Assembly (NCBI RefSeq): GCF_964204645.1
Contig: NC_134034.1
Span: 4,357,814-4,421,813 of the forward strand
DNA: 64,000 bases
Source: Tubulanus polymorphus
Lineage: Eukaryota > Animalia > Nemertea
Direction: 5' to 3'
Part shown: one piece after another, positions 38,853-53,281 of the stretch
Numbering within the stretch: the stretch's first letter is position 1
Layout: every line of letters begins with the position of its first letter
The notes under the pieces: generated by a model
Database searches by the model: none
Told to the model about the DNA's origin: nothing
The model's input: only the letters and a program-made list of their open reading frames with translations
Made by a program: the position numbers and the translations under genes

Positions 38853-39859
38853 AAATAAACACCACGTTTGCGTTATACATATAGATTTGATCAAATTGGT
38901 TGAATCTTCACCGCGCACGTATTTACCTTATTCAGTAATAATCATGTCGTAATGTACATGTTTAGAAAAATTAGATTATTTAAAGTGTATGATAACGGAA
39001 TTATACTGTTACTGATATCGTTGTTTGCCAGTCATGTATGCAAGCGTGATTAGGAACATACGTTCTTCAGAATTATTTCACTGGCTTTCTGGCGAACCGT
39101 TCGTACACGTCGACTAAGCGTAACATCCTATCGAAAAAACTTTCGTTTCATTTGTATTAATTTGATATGCATCAGACAGCTGATTTCTCAGGCTAATTAA
39201 TTACTTAATATGAACGCAATTGGCGAACCGTCGAATATCCAGGGTTTATATCTAACGAATATGGGGAATCAATTAGATCGGTACAATGTAGACCCTCTTT
39301 TGGGACTATATATGTAGTACGTACGCTGAATCTCCCGATGTTTAACCCCCTCTTGTTCTTTTATGCAGTCATGGCGCTCTCCAGGTTCGAATCTCAGCCG
39401 AATGATCAAGCAGCTGATACTTCAGGAGGATCAAGTTAACGGTTAACGAACGACCAAACACAAGCAAAAGCTAATGCGAATAGTATCGGTACATCGATTA
39501 ATGACTAGATCTTTTTGATGATTTATTTTGGCTCATCATCTCACATAAGTCTGGGATCGACACATATCGCTAGTATTTTACAACCCATTTGGCTGGGGAA
39601 AATAAAACGCTTACGTGAATCTGAGTCATATGAACAATGGTTATAAGAGATTGTTCTATTGTTCTAATTCAGGCAATTCAGTAGTGTAAGGATCTTTATA
39701 TAGCTGCGCCGAGTTGAGGACCATGGAAAAGGTGATCTTAACGAGTATCTGAGACTACTAGTCTATTCGATCGGCGACTTGAGGAGCATGTTAACCCGAG
39801 TTGACTGTTACTGAGTATAGATGATGACATGGTATGATTCATTTTCTCCAGAAAATGCA

Positions 39860-41875
39860 GAGATAAATTACCTGATGTTTTTCATTTAAATGATACCAAA
39901 ATATCCGGAAAACAAAATATAGCTGATGAATTCAAGCAAGTTCAATACCAAATTCAAAAACTCACTTCAGTGTTTATTTCGAGGATCCTGCTCGTGAAAA
40001 TGTTTTCTTCTTTCCGACAGATCCTAATGAAATATGTGAAATAGTCAAATCATTTTCTTGTAAAAAGGTATCGGTGTTGACGGTATCTCTATAAAGGTTA
40101 TAAAAGACGTAATTGATATTTTTTAACATCTTTTACTGCAGTCTCCAAACTGGAATCATTCCTGAGGAACTAAAAACAGCTCGAGTGTGCCCCATTTTAA
40201 GACAGGTAACACGGCGTCGTTCGATAATTATCGACCAGTCTCGGTATTACCATGCTTTTCAAAAATTCTTGAAAAATTGTTTATAATCGCCTGGTTTCAT
40301 TTTGTGATAAATTCTCATAAATCGAAATCAATTTGGATTTAGAAGAAAGCACTCAACAACTTTAGCTTTAGTAAAGATTACTGACGAAATTACAGCTAAT
40401 ATGGATGTTAACCGTCCAACTATTGCTATATTTTTAGATTTGTCGAAGGCATTTGATACGGTTAATCACGATATTCTTTTAGAAAAATTATGTCATTACG
40501 GAATCAAAGGTGTCCCACTAAATTGGTTCAGGAATTATTTAAGTAACAGGACCCAAATTGTTCAATTAGATCATATAAATTCAAAACCTCTGCGTATACA
40601 TTCTGGAGTCCCTCAAGGATCAATGTTAGGACCACTTTTATTTCTATTATACATTAATGACTGCACTAAAGCCTCCAACATTTTGAAATTCATTTTGTTC
40701 GCAGATGATACGAACTGTTTCCTTAGTGATTGGAACATCACAGAATTATGTAAAACTTTTAACTCAGAACTATCAAAACTGGCTGATTGGTTTCGTGCCA
40801 ATAAATTGTCACTGAATGTAAAAAAAACCTTTTTATGGTATTTAGTAAAGTCAATTAATATGCCAATATTAGATTATACATCGATGGTAAAAGAATTAAT
40901 CAGGTCCATGTTACAAATTTTTTGGGAGTTTTAATTGATGACAAGTTAACTTGGAAAGACCATATTAAATCGGTTAGTAAAATAGTTGCCTGTAGTATAG
41001 GCATTTTAAATAGAATAATAAATAAACTACCATCTAAATCCTTAGTGACTCCATACTTTTCTATGATTGACCCTTATCTCCAATATTGCAATATGATTTG
41101 GGGTACAAATTCTGGAACTATTTTGAACCCACTTGTACTATTACAGAAGAGGGCTGTAAGATTAATTTCTCATTCAAATTACCTAGCACATACAGATCCC
41201 ATATTCAAACGTTTAAAAATCTTGAAACTCCGCGATATTAATGACTTACAATTAGCTGTTTTCGTTTATAAATTTGCCAAATTTTCCTTACTGCCTGCAT
41301 CTTTCAACGGTTATTGGAGATCAAAATTCCAAATACACCGACGTAATACTAGGAAAAAGTTCGATTTAGAAATTGATAGATTCAAAACCCTAAAACGAAA
41401 ATTTTCGGTCAAATTGTCTGCACCAATCCTCTGGAATAAGCTACCAAATTCGCTTAAAGAAAAACCTAGTATTAATTCATTCCGTCTTAGCTATAAAAAA
41501 CTGAAGTTTTCCTTATAAAGCTATTTTGTGAGCTGTTCAGATGCTCCAATTATTCCTAATTCATATATTTCTGTGTGGTGTGTTATTATGAACATGTGAT
41601 CGAGTGTGTGAGGGGTGTGTGTGTTTCCGCGTGCATGCGTACGTCTGAGTGTGGTATGAATGTAAGGGGGCCTTGCATACATAAGCATTCTTTTGCTTCT
41701 CCAAGACCCTGCCCTTTTATTACAACATGAATATCACGTATAGACTAGACCTTAACACTAGTCTATGTGCCCATGATGACACTTATATATAACAGTACCC
41801 TTGTATTCTTTTATATAACTTTATAATCGTGTTGTAATTCGAGGGAAAATAAAAGTTATTATCAAATGAAATGTT
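39860..41875 (+). mobile_element. 5'-truncated CR1/L2-clade LINE (RT pseudogene plus 3' UTR)
   Basis: NYRPVS, QFGFR, FLDLSKAFDTV, GVPQGSMLGP, LFADD, LWNKLP; several frameshifts. Confidence 0.9.
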
Positions 41876-42049
41876 TTTCATAAATAACATAAATATATAA
41901 AAATATAGCTGCCAAGCAGCGATAACGGGGTTTCTGTACAGCTTGTTCGTATTTTTGATCGTGTCTGGATACTGTGTCGACCACGATCGCGTGCTAGCGA
42001 AACCGCACCATGCTATTGCAAATGAAGGGAATTTTGAATCATCTTCGAC

Positions 42050-42445
42050 GATCAAGATGGGTTTATAAAAGGAAGGTCTAGAAATAGTCAATTAGGCCTA
42101 CTTGAAACCATGGATGAAAGGACCATATGGCCTTATTTGACACTGGCAAATCGAAATTTTAGGCCTTAATAGTCTTTATGGGATTCGACAAAGCATTTGA
42201 TAAGGTTCAACATCAGTGATTACTAAACAAGCTATAGAAACGGCGTCAATAATGGGTCGCTTAAATTGACTGAGCAGTTTTCTACGAACGGAAAACAGGT
42301 TGCCAAAATCAACGGAATTGTCTAATCTTGGAAATAAGTAGGCCTAACTATAGGAGTCGTGATGAATGATTTACAGAGTAATCCAAAATGTACAGGACCA
42401 AGTAAATTTTTAATATGATCTAAACAAGCTGTGGAAACTATGATA
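42050..42445 (+). mobile_element. Degenerate CR1-type RT fragment
   Basis: QDGFIKGRSRNSQL and FDKAFDKVQH remnants. Confidence 0.6.
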
Positions 42446-43287
42446 CGAAAAATATTTGAGAATAACTTACATTCAAATGCATCTTTTGTCTATGAATTAT
42501 ATATTTGATCATAATTTATTCTTTATAAGTTATTAATTTCATATGAATCATAATCTGACAATTGATATCGGTCTGTGAATATGTTCACTTCGTGTTGAAG
42601 TCTTAAATGTGAATACATCATCAGAATGGCATGTGACTGTCCCAACTTTCTGGCTGAAAATTTAAGTACAGCGGAGGCCTGGCGTTTCATCCCTTGTGAT
42701 TTTATTTAGTAAAGCGTCACGACCGCCTGATAATGATCCTTCACGACCAATTGTTTATCGGAACTTTATAGCGGATAAATAAACAATATTAACACTAGGT
42801 ATTTCCGTGATATTTTGAATTTATTTGCAGTTAAAATTTAGCGCCATTCTCCCAAGATTATCAACAACCCAAAAATAAATGTAAATGCGGACATATCACT
42901 ACGCGATTGCTTAACCCCGTCTTATCTACCAGATAACTTACGAGAAAAATGCGATAGACTATTTTTTCGGACCATTAAACCAATAAATCTGGCGACGCTA
43001 TATATGTTGTGGGGAATGATTGAACCATTATTTTGAGTCATTTCCAACTGTTTCTAATGTTTTACGCGAATGGAGTGACAATTTGACCAGACCATTTCGG
43101 CCACAGCGTTAAGGTAAGAAAGCCTTTGCACTTTTAACAAAAACTGTGTGGAAAAGGGAAAAAAATAATTATCACGAAAATTATAATAGGGTTTTCTGTG
43201 AACAAACAGAAAACCCTAAAAATGGTTAAACTCGTTGGCGATGTTTGTATCACCAGGAAAAAATACGTTGACCATAAGTAAACTTCA

Positions 43288-44650
43288 GGGGCCGGTTGCT
43301 CAAAGGTTGTTAAGTCTTAAACAGTAGTTAAATTGCTAAACGAGTCGTTAAAAATTGAACAGTCGTTATTTCCGGTTGCTCAACGATTTAACGGTCGGTT
43401 AAATCACTTAAACGACCGTTATAGTTAAACGGTCCAAGGTAGGTTGTTCTCACCTAACGACTCGTTAAATCAACAAAAATGGCCGACGACATAGGTTGCT
43501 TTCTTCCAAATTTTGAAAATGAAAGACATTTTAGACATAATTTCGAGCAATATGAGGAATTCACTGATGATCAATTGCGGCAGAGATTCAGATTTGGTCG
43601 GCATGGTCTGGAATTTATCAAGAACCTAGTCGGAGACGATATGAACAGGGCAACTCACCATAATCATTCAATTAGTGTTTGAAACCAGATTCTGATAGGA
43701 ATCCGATTTTTCGCCTGCGGTTCATTCTTGGAAGTGGTTGGTGATGGTTTTGGTGTGCATAAGAGTACAGTGGTTTCACGTATTGTACAGCGGTTCGTTA
43801 ATAGTATTTGCGAACACGCCGATTAATTCATTAAATGGCCGGCAGTCGACGATTTGAATCACCTGAACAGAGACTTTTTGACCTGGCCGGATTTCCGAAC
43901 GTTGTTGATGCCGTCGACTGTACGCGCATTCGCGTGCCGGAGGTTTCTGCTTACTCTGTGTTTACATCCGCACTCAGGGCAGAGAGAAGGTACAACGGCT
44001 CTCATAAAAGTACGAGAAGCATCATAGAAAGGGCTTTTGGAATCTTAAAACGCCGATTCCACATTCTACACGGAGAGATAAGAATGATACCTGGACGTGT
44101 CTGTAAGATCGTTTTGTGCTGTGCCATACTACACAACATAGTTATACAGTTGAATGGCCCGGAGCCCGCAAATGTCGTCGACGAAATGGAGTTTGATGAC
44201 GTCATGGATCATGGGAACAACCTTTAATAAAATTGAAAAAAAACATTAAATCATACGTTGTATTGGATAATTATAAAAATGAAACGGAATCTTTAAATTA
44301 TTCTTCTAATTTTCTAATTTCCAGAAGTAATTTTTGTTTTTGGAGTTCTGCCACTTCTTTCTGGACTACCAGCAACTCGCACTGAAGCTGCAATCGGTCA
44401 TCAGTGGTAAACTTCCTCTGTTTTGGCAGTTTTGCTACTACTGACTCCGGCAGCGTAGGTGTCAGCTTCTCTTGCTCCTCTGTAACTTTCGTCTTTGGTT
44501 CCGAATTGCTGTCTATCAGCGATTGTATTTCATAAGCATCTGAAAATGAGAAATCAATCCAATGAGTTAGATGAGGTAATAAAAGCTGATTGACATAGAA
44601 TTGAATTGGACCGAGCCAAATTCCAAATCCGTAACCGCAATTTAGGTACA
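43288..44650 (+). mobile_element. Second Harbinger element, deleted: transposase remnant 43479-44227 (+) and partner C-terminus about 44298-44540 (-)
   Basis: Left end GGGGCCGGTTGCTCAAAG with TTAA(A)CG subterminal repeats; RQRFRF, GFPNVVDAVDCT, IERAFGILKRRF, LHN; right TIR not found. Confidence 0.8.
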
Positions 44651-45487
44651 CCCTCCATTAGTAGTTTGGAGCTGACTATTTCAGATGACTCAAAACCAGA
44701 CCGTTCCGTCTACAGATAGTATAACGGATTAGCATTTTACATTAGCATGTTGAATGACATATGTATGGCGGACAATTCGACATTGTCTGCGCTGTCATCT
44801 ACTGACTGTAGTGATTTTAAGGCCGCCCAGAATGCAATTAAAGAGTATAGCATTATTTGTTGCAATAATTTGTTACCTGCAATATGTGTTGGTACATACT
44901 AGCGCCGTGCTTATCTCTAACAAAATGTTTTGAGGACTGAATGTGTCTTAACATGTAGGCCTAATTGGTATTGGTCTCTGGTATTGATGCTTGATAGTAC
45001 CCTCTGTATTAGTAATGTGACTATTGAATTCTGTTTATCATAGATACCGGTAAACAGTATATTTTAACTCACATTCAGACAGTAGTAATTATGATTCTAA
45101 GTAGTATTTTTATTTAAACTTTTTGATACGGTAGGGCCTACCCAGTGACTGTTGTTTGTTTGTTGTGAAAATCTATTTCACTGAAGCAAAAAATAAATAT
45201 ATAAATATATGCCAATATAGTTTTTCTTTTCTGTTGTCTCTTGTTTTTTCTTCCTCTAATTTTACAAAGGCTTGTGTGGAATTTTGGGATTTGTAAGTTA
45301 CCTCCCTTCCCTCCAGGGAAAGCCCTTTAAAAATCGAACCTAAAAAATCAATCCAGAGTACACTGAGGTACTGAGATGAAAACACCTCACGCCAGTTATT
45401 ATTCATTAGTTTCTATTGAATTTCGAAATATTGCGCTTCTAAAAGGTTGTTTGTCAGACACAAAGCCTTTCCACCACTGCCGATCTG

Positions 45488-45665
45488 GGTAGGTCTAAAG
45501 TACGAATCCACGAAATTACGAAATAAAAAACGAAATTACGAAATATGAAATAAAATTACGAAATGCTTACGTACGAAACGAAATGTGTAACGAAATGCTA
45601 AACTACGAAATTAAATGGCCCTTCTTTCGCGGGTCCTGCTAAAGTATGAAATGAAATACGAAACA
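45488..45665 (+). repeat. ACGAAAT-rich array, probable DNA transposon terminus
   Basis: About 10 ACGAAA(T) units after GGGTAGGTCTAAAGTACGAA, with a related GGGTCCTGCTAAAGTATGAA at about 45630. Confidence 0.55.
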
Positions 45666-46379
45666 AAATTTTAATTTTTTTTCGCTTTAGTATTTGACTC
45701 ATGGCTGCTCTAGTGAAGCAGGGTTCCGCACCGTGGCCAAATTTGGCGATATCATCAGGTTTGAATCCCTTCTTGGGGAAATGATCTGTGCATGCCCATA
45801 AACAACTTGAAGGTACCGATTGATAAATTACGGGCTAGAGAACGAAGTGTGCTTAAGGCATATCCTACAGTAATTAGGCTTAAAAATGATACTGTGTTTC
45901 TCCACTCTGCTGAGCTTAAAATGTTGACCCGACCGGCCACCTATCTGCCCTGTACATTACTTTTTAAAACCATTATCAGACATACAATAACAGACCCGGC
46001 AGCTATAGAAATGAACAGAACAAAAAATTGGAATATACAAAATGACCCGGCCGTTGCGTTGAAACAAGGTATTTATTTTTAGCCTAAGGCTTCATTATTG
46101 CTTTCCGGCAAACCCTCACTTTGAAATTACGCTGATCAAGCCACTTTTTGGTTCCTTAAAGCAAATTATGTTGTTTGATCCACGATGGAGGAAATGAAAA
46201 CGACCACGCACTAAAAAAGCTAGAATGCTGGGAAATTATTGTATCAAGTGTTTCGACTTGAAAAGCGCATTCAGATCGGGCCAGAATATTTATAAAAAAC
46301 AGAGTACAAAGGAATTAGCTGCGTAAAAAATTAATGTATAGTAATACAAAAGGCATTTCAAGAAATGTGTACGTATATC

Positions 46380-46975
46380 AAAGCAAAAGCTGATAGAAAA
46401 ACTGTGCAAAAATGATACTAAAGCTCTGTGGCAACAACCTAGCAATAAGAAATGCAGTACTGACACAAAATATATAAATGATCTTTTTGACCATTTTAAA
46501 GAGATGAATAATGTAACAGAGCATGGGGAAATCGATCAACCCTCAATCTTTATAGATATTGCAGCAACTGTTGACAGCCTTGGCGAAGAGTGTACCGTAC
46601 CTTATCAGAGATAAAAAAATATATTGAATTATCGAAAACTGATAAGGCTGCAGGCACATACAATATTATCAATAAATTCCTAAAGGCATCGAATGAAGAA
46701 ATGCAAAATCTGTATGTGAAGTTATATAACTTTATTTTAAAAACAGGGCATGTTCCAGATGAATGGTATCATACATCCTATTTTCAAAAAGAAAGGGGAT
46801 CCTAAAGACTCTATAAACTACAGAGGTATAACACTTCTAAGTTGCTTAAGCAAGGTTTTTACCACTTTATTGAACAACGGCAACAGATTAAAGAATTTTT
46901 TAGAAGAAAACAATATTGTATTGTAGGACTTGATTTAGAGACGGGTATTCAACTCTCGATCACATTTACATCTCC
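46380..46975 (+). mobile_element. LINE RT fragment
   Basis: ILKTGHVPDEW and KGDPKDSINYRGITLLSCLSKVF remnants. Confidence 0.7.
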
Positions 46976-47960
46976 GTGCTCTAACACAGGTAAAGCTACT
47001 ATTCAGTTTGAAGATTTTGATCATGTTAAACGTGGGCGAAAACCAAAACATGTAATATTTCCGTAAATCGTTAGTGTTGCTACAAAGTTTATAAAACCAC
47101 ATGGCTACAGTGCACAAAGTCGTCGTCGGAGTGAAACAGCCAATAGTTCGGTGTATCCCTTGCCATGGTTCAAAAGCATTTATTGGATACCATCCCAGGT
47201 TTGAAGGATAGCGGTGGAATTAGTAGAAATATCATTCATAGGCTTATGGTTACCGAAAAAGACTCAAAGCCCTAGGTATTACAAAAGTCTAAATTGCTAG
47301 GGTGCCTTCAAAAATGAATAATTCATTTTACAAAGATCATATGGACAGGCATTTGTGTGCAAGTCTTGTAAAAGGTCCTGTTGAGTTTGCAAGTGAGCAT
47401 AATGATGAAGTGTGTGTAATCTCATGCGACAACATGAACAAGGTGAACAGTCGAACTTTGGCTGTCTCACGCTACTACCAGCTACGCATGTTTTTCCCAC
47501 AGGATGTCTCCCCGAAATATAATGATCATGACTTCCCTTGTGAAAACAGCATCTCCCCAGCTGGCTATTTGGTCCCCAAACCTGCAAAATCCCCAGCTAC
47601 TGCAACATTCCGTAAAAGTCGTTCTTTGAGTCCATGCCCGGGGTGTAATGTTGATAAAACCCGCTATCGTGGTCTTTCTTCCGTAGCCAATAGAATGGAT
47701 GATACAGGTAGAACATTTGTAAAAGATAAATTAAAAAGACTGCATTACAAATTCCTTAGATCAGGTGAGCTACATATTTACCCTTAAATATGCAGGTATG
47801 ATACTATTGATGGCCAAACCCATGGTAATGATCTCTTCATGTTATATAAATAAGGGTAAACAAGGTGTTGTGTTAATAGTGGATGGGGGCCAGACTTTTC
47901 CCCTAAGTCTGTGGTGAATTTACATCATGTGGGAAGAGTTTGGCATGACCTAAATCTTGA
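46976..47960 (+). pseudogene. Zator-like transposase remnant
   Basis: AQSRRRSE, SCDNMNKV...YNDHDFP, frameshifted VLIVDGG(P)DFSP...LNLD; resembles remembered Zator DDKAxV / LPDHDF / DGGPD motifs. Confidence 0.6.
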
Positions 47961-50900
47961 TTTCACGACTTTTACGAATGAAAACTATTCTTGATTCCAT
48001 GGGGTTCCCTACTCTTGCGCCTGTTGCCCATATCTGTCAAGACCTGATTAACCGCAGTAAAGAATTTGTGCCCTATATTGAATATATTGAAGCAGGAGAA
48101 ACTATTTTAGAGGTAAATAGCCGAACGCATGAGAAGAAATTAGCCTCGTTTATTGTACTGAATGAACCAAACAAGCAAATCGAAAGAGCTTGTATTCACT
48201 TGTCTGAAAACAATCAGCTGCATGATTATGATAAATTCAAGAATGAAATCTGGGTGAAAATCGGCCTAGACAAAGGTGGAAAAAGTACGAATATGGTATT
48301 TTCCATCATTAATGGTCATTATCCAAATAGCCCAGATTCAACCGATTTATTAGGTTATTTTGAGGCAATAGAGAAGAGCCCTGACAGCCCTGAGATATTC
48401 TTCGGAAAATTCCGTGATGAATTTGATGCAATCTCCTATGTACCCATATAATTAAAGCAACACCCTGTCGGCGACATCCATGATGGGGGATCGAGGCTGT
48501 TCAGTCTCATTCCCATGTCTCTGGTGTAACATAACACTCGATGACCTGCGTAACAAGAAAGGAACGCCTCATAGTCCAAAAAATATAATTTATCCACTCC
48601 GTGACATAAACACATACATGACCTAAACGTGGTCATGATGAATTCCAATGGATCAGCTGGACCACGCAGTCACAGCATAAATCGACCCATGCTTTTCCGA
48701 CCATTGGACATTGCTCATTTAGTTCCCCCAAAAAAAACTTTTTACAATATACTTGTTCGAACGAAAAACTTAATGTTCTGACAAGAAATTCTGTTCGATC
48801 TGCTCGATCAAACGATTGTTCGAACGAAAAACCTTTCGTTTGGACAAAAAAAGTTTCTTCAACTTTGTTCTAACGATTTTTTCAAATTCGTCCAATCGAA
48901 CAGAATATTATTGGTTCGAAGTAAATTTTGTTCCGACGAAAGAATTTTCAAGCGAAAGGTCTTTTGAACGAAAAAAAAGATATTTCTGGGGCTCCGCACA
49001 GTAACTTATAGTCGGACGTAGGTCGGCCTTGAGACGCGATGCGATCCTTGCGTTGCATCGCAAGTTTCTGTGCAAGTCGGTTGGGATACGATTGTCAGCG
49101 ACTGTGTGCGACTAGTTCCTGCCAGTCGCAAGAGTGCGTAGGTCGGTTGTGACAGTCATGTAGCGTCGCAGTAAGTAGAACACGTGCGACTCCTTGTGAC
49201 TGGCGTTGCTGACAGTCGCAACCCATCGCAAGGGAGCAAAGGTCGATGAGTCGTTGCGACACAATCGTCACTGGCGGTCGCAGTGAATGGAGTCGCAGTG
49301 AGTCACAAGCCGTCGCAAGGCCGACCTACGACCGGCTTAAGTCATTAGGAATTAATGAAATACCAGTTTCATTTATGATGAAAAAACTCAAATGAAAAGT
49401 CTTGCTTATAAAGCTGTCTGCTCAGACGAAATTTTCAAAAAATATCTTCATTTTTGGCAATAAAATTGATAATTGATAATTGTTGATCGTTGCAAGCCAG
49501 AGCCAGTTAATCACTAATTAACATGTATTTTAATAAATCTGATTCCTCCTTTACAGTGAACTTAGCATTAACCAAGTAGAGGCTACTAGCCTATGTAGGC
49601 CAATGTATATGCGTAGGCCTAACATCCGGACAGATTGGTCGTAGGCCAACTGAATAACAACCCTCCTAAATATCGTTAATTTTGTTTTGAAGTTCAATCC
49701 AATGAGTCCGTTAATAAACGCAACAATTATACTGTGTTTGTTTGAGACAGTAAAGGTCAGTACCGGTTGGCCTAAAGCCTTAAGGTCGCGAAAAACTCGA
49801 TAAACACTTCAACCGACACAGCGAAAGATCTCCTTTTCCCCACAGCGAACGCTTACTCCGAATGTCAAGTGTGAGTCCTGCATACGGATAGGAGTGTGTT
49901 ATATACTTGTATTTAGTAAATACCTTGTGCATTTGACAATGATCGGTATGCACTATAGGAAATATAGAGTATTGATGGTATTGATATAGAGGTTGAAGCC
50001 CGCGGCCGGATAAAGTAATATATTCTTTTATTTTGATACCTTGTCGACACAACAGCTTTTCTCCGCTATTTCTCTTCGGCGTGTTTAGTTTAGGCCTACA
50101 ACTCCCCGGTAAACTAAAGATTTATCTTAGTAAATACACGGTTAATTTGGTAAAGAAAAATAGGTATTTTTAAACTAACGCTTTGAAACCCGCAGCCAAA
50201 ACACTGGTAGTAATAAATTAATTTGTACTCGATTTGAATCTCATGATGAGGAGAAACTCGCGGCTGATCCCCGGAACGACGATGTAGTGACACGCGTCGA
50301 TTCGTCGATGTTTACGGCTCGACAGTGCTTTTAAAGTCTAAAGTAGTAAATTTCCTGTGTATCGGTAATGATTTGATGAGGAAAATGGGCTATTGTAAAA
50401 ATTACTGTTTGAAGACCGCAGCTGAATGTGAAGTCTGCTGCAATAAATTTGTTCATTTATATTTGAATTGATAATCGAAGTGACAATCGGCCTGCGAGTT
50501 GATTTCGGGATAACGACTCAAAAAACATGTCGCCCCATTGAATGGGGCTAAATTTTCGATGTTTAAGGCTCGACAGTGATGTAACAGAAAACCCTAATTA
50601 ACTTCTTCGGCAAAAATCACAAAAAATGCTATCTGCTGCAATGAAAAAAGGTTCCAGTCCCTTAAACTGTTAAGCCGCTATTTGTTTGATTAGAGTCATA
50701 GATGATCCAAAACCAAGTCAGTATGTGTACTGCACGAAGTGTGATGCGCCACATCATGAACAATGTATTCTTATTCATCAGGGCAGTAGTTATGCGTTTC
50801 ACTGCCATCAATGTACTACTGGCAAACGAATTTCACCGACTATGTTTCGTTGAATGCCTGCTAGATTATCTTTGAAGTCAATTCATTCAGAAATTCAATC

Positions 50901-51540
50901 AAATATGGGTCCTCTTCAAAAAGCACTTGACAACAAGTTACATGAAATTGGTATTGATCGACAGGCATCATTCTAATAGTTTCATTGGTAATCATATTCA
51001 CAAGCTATTGAAAATTGATGACCATAGTAACAATCCCTCGGAGATATTGAGTGTTTTGGATCGATTTCCACTCGAAAAAGCCAAATTACTTACACTTTTC
51101 ACAAAATTCAGTGAAATAAATGCATTATTCACAGCATGCTGCTTTTTATTTCAAGATGAAATTAACAGATTAGAACATTTCTGTCATGATTTTGGAGAAT
51201 GGTTTCTGACAATGTTTACCGAGTCAAAAATAACTCCAAAATGCATATACTCGTATATCATGTTCCAGAGTTTGTTAAGACCTAGCAATCACTCAGGCTC
51301 TTTGGTGAATAAGGCTTTGAGAGCAAAAATGCAATCATGAATAAAGATTGTCGAACTTATAGCACTCTGCGCAATCAGGTTCTCCGCACTAAACTCACGT
51401 TCGTCAATCAAGGTCTATATTCCAGTAGAAACATTGTGTCATTGCCAGTTACAGTGCGAAAGTGTAGTTGTGCTGGCTTTTTCGTAAATCCCCTTCCAAT
51501 TTAAAAAGACGCTGTCAAGCATGTCTTAACGATGAATCCA
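47961..51540 (+). pseudogene. RAG1/Transib/Chapaev-like transposase remnant (47961-48730 and 50665-51540) with a PHD finger, split by insertions
   Basis: WVKIGLDKGG, PNS, GCSVSFPCLWC, LVPP, FIGNHIHKLL, ITPK(M)HILVYHVPEF, GE*GFESKN; PHD-type YCTKC...HEQC...FHCHQC at about 50670-50815. Confidence 0.6.
49010..49337. mobile_element. Harbinger-type MITE
   Basis: TIRs AGTCGGACGTAGGTCGGCCTTG / reverse complement AGCCGGTCGTAGGTCGGCCTTG; internal GTCGCA repeats; TAT/TAA flanks. Confidence 0.75.
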
Positions 51541-51599
51541 TTTAGACCGCTGAAAAAGAAAAATATCTTGCGTCAATCATATAACTTGACAGTAGAGCA

Positions 51600-53280
51600 G
51601 TGGATGGGAAATGGGCAATTCTATGGTAATTGTATAATTATGACCGGATTAAAATCCCTCCCGCTCACTCTACTGTAGTAGAGAAGTTTGTTGAATACCA
51701 GTCGTTGATGTTCAAAACTCAACTGTTATCACTTCCTATTTGGAATACTTCCAATACCGGGGAATCTATATTTGAAATCATCAAGAAAGAATTAATTGGT
51801 CACAACTCCTGAGTCTAGTTTGTGACAACTGTTCGGAGATGACGGGGAAGAACAAAGGTACCATTAGATTTGTGCATGATCAAAACCCTAACGTCCACCA
51901 GGCAGGATGTGTCTGCCATCTTTTGGATCTTGCTGTCTCAAAAGGTCTGAAATGTCTATATGATGAAGTTAATTTGATGACATTCTTAGAAAGTTAAACT
52001 GGTATATTAGCAAGTCAACTAAACGTGGCGCAGCTTTGCAGAAAGTACAAGATGATCTTGCAATACCAATTTGACAAGGAGTGTCGTGATGCATCTAACA
52101 ACAGCGAGGAATACATCGATGAGATGGGGGGCCGAGTCAACTGGTTCCATAAAGAAGAAACTAAAGTCATTTTTCAAGAGACGAACATCACAACTTTACA
52201 CAACATTCGTCGTGAAAGCTGTAGAGGTAATTAAGTTTTACTTGCAAGTTTAATCTTCCAAATCTAGTGGGCGATTAGTAGCATTCAGTAATCATGATGT
52301 CACTACTACCATCAGTGTGGTGGTAGTGTGGTACTTGGTCTGTTTGAGCCACTCGAGGGTTAGACCTTGGAGTAATCATTCAAATGATTACTCCAAGGTT
52401 AGACATTCACAAGTCTATCATAGGTTAATTTAGAACAGTGTAGCAAATAATCATTTCTTGAACTCTTATTATGCAGATCTTGGAATCCACAAATGCCAGT
52501 GTGCAAAGTGAATGTTCGCAGGTTTTCAGAGTCAAGAGACTTATCGAAAAGCTTCTGATGACTTTACTGAAACGGATTTGCGAACCGCCTGCATTTATGC
52601 AGGAACCGATTACGATGAAGGTAGATTAAACTAGTTCATACAACATCAACGCAAATAAGGATCTATTTATTGGATCTGCAACCCAAGAAGTCGTAGCAAA
52701 CGGTGTGAGAACGGCTACAAAGGATACATTCTACAAAGATGTTGTGAAATCCAACCAGGCCATATTAGATTACATCAAACTCAGGATAAATCCTGATCAT
52801 CAACCGTTATGGAAACATGCTGAAGTAAGTTCAACACATAACCTAGGCCCGATAATTCATAGTTTTTATTTTGTTTTAAAACATTTCAGGAGACGGAAGG
52901 TTTGCATTGAAATAAAAAAGATTAAAATATTTGTGGTACCGGTATCGTTATCACAGACCCCTCAGCTCTGTCTGAACCAGGATTTCCCTTTGTCTTATCT
53001 GATCCATCCCAAACCACTAATTATGGCTATTCATGGCTGTTATATCATGTTGTACCAATTATTTGCAGTTAGCGGATATATCACTCAGGCAGAACAAAAA
53101 GTATGCTGATATGAAATTCTTCGTGGACAAGTTTCCATGCATTACAGACGGACAGAATATTGATGCTATTGAAGAAGAATTTATTGATTATACAACGCTG
53201 AGCGATGGTGATCTCCCAGCAAATCTATTCTTACTAACAGCAACCAATGGATAGATTGTTCACCGACCTGCTGAGGAACA
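51600..53280 (+). pseudogene. hAT transposase remnant
   Basis: TGESIFEII, CDNCSEMTGKNKG, GCVCHLLDLAV (CxxH); fragmented. Confidence 0.65.
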
Positions 53281-53281
53281 A

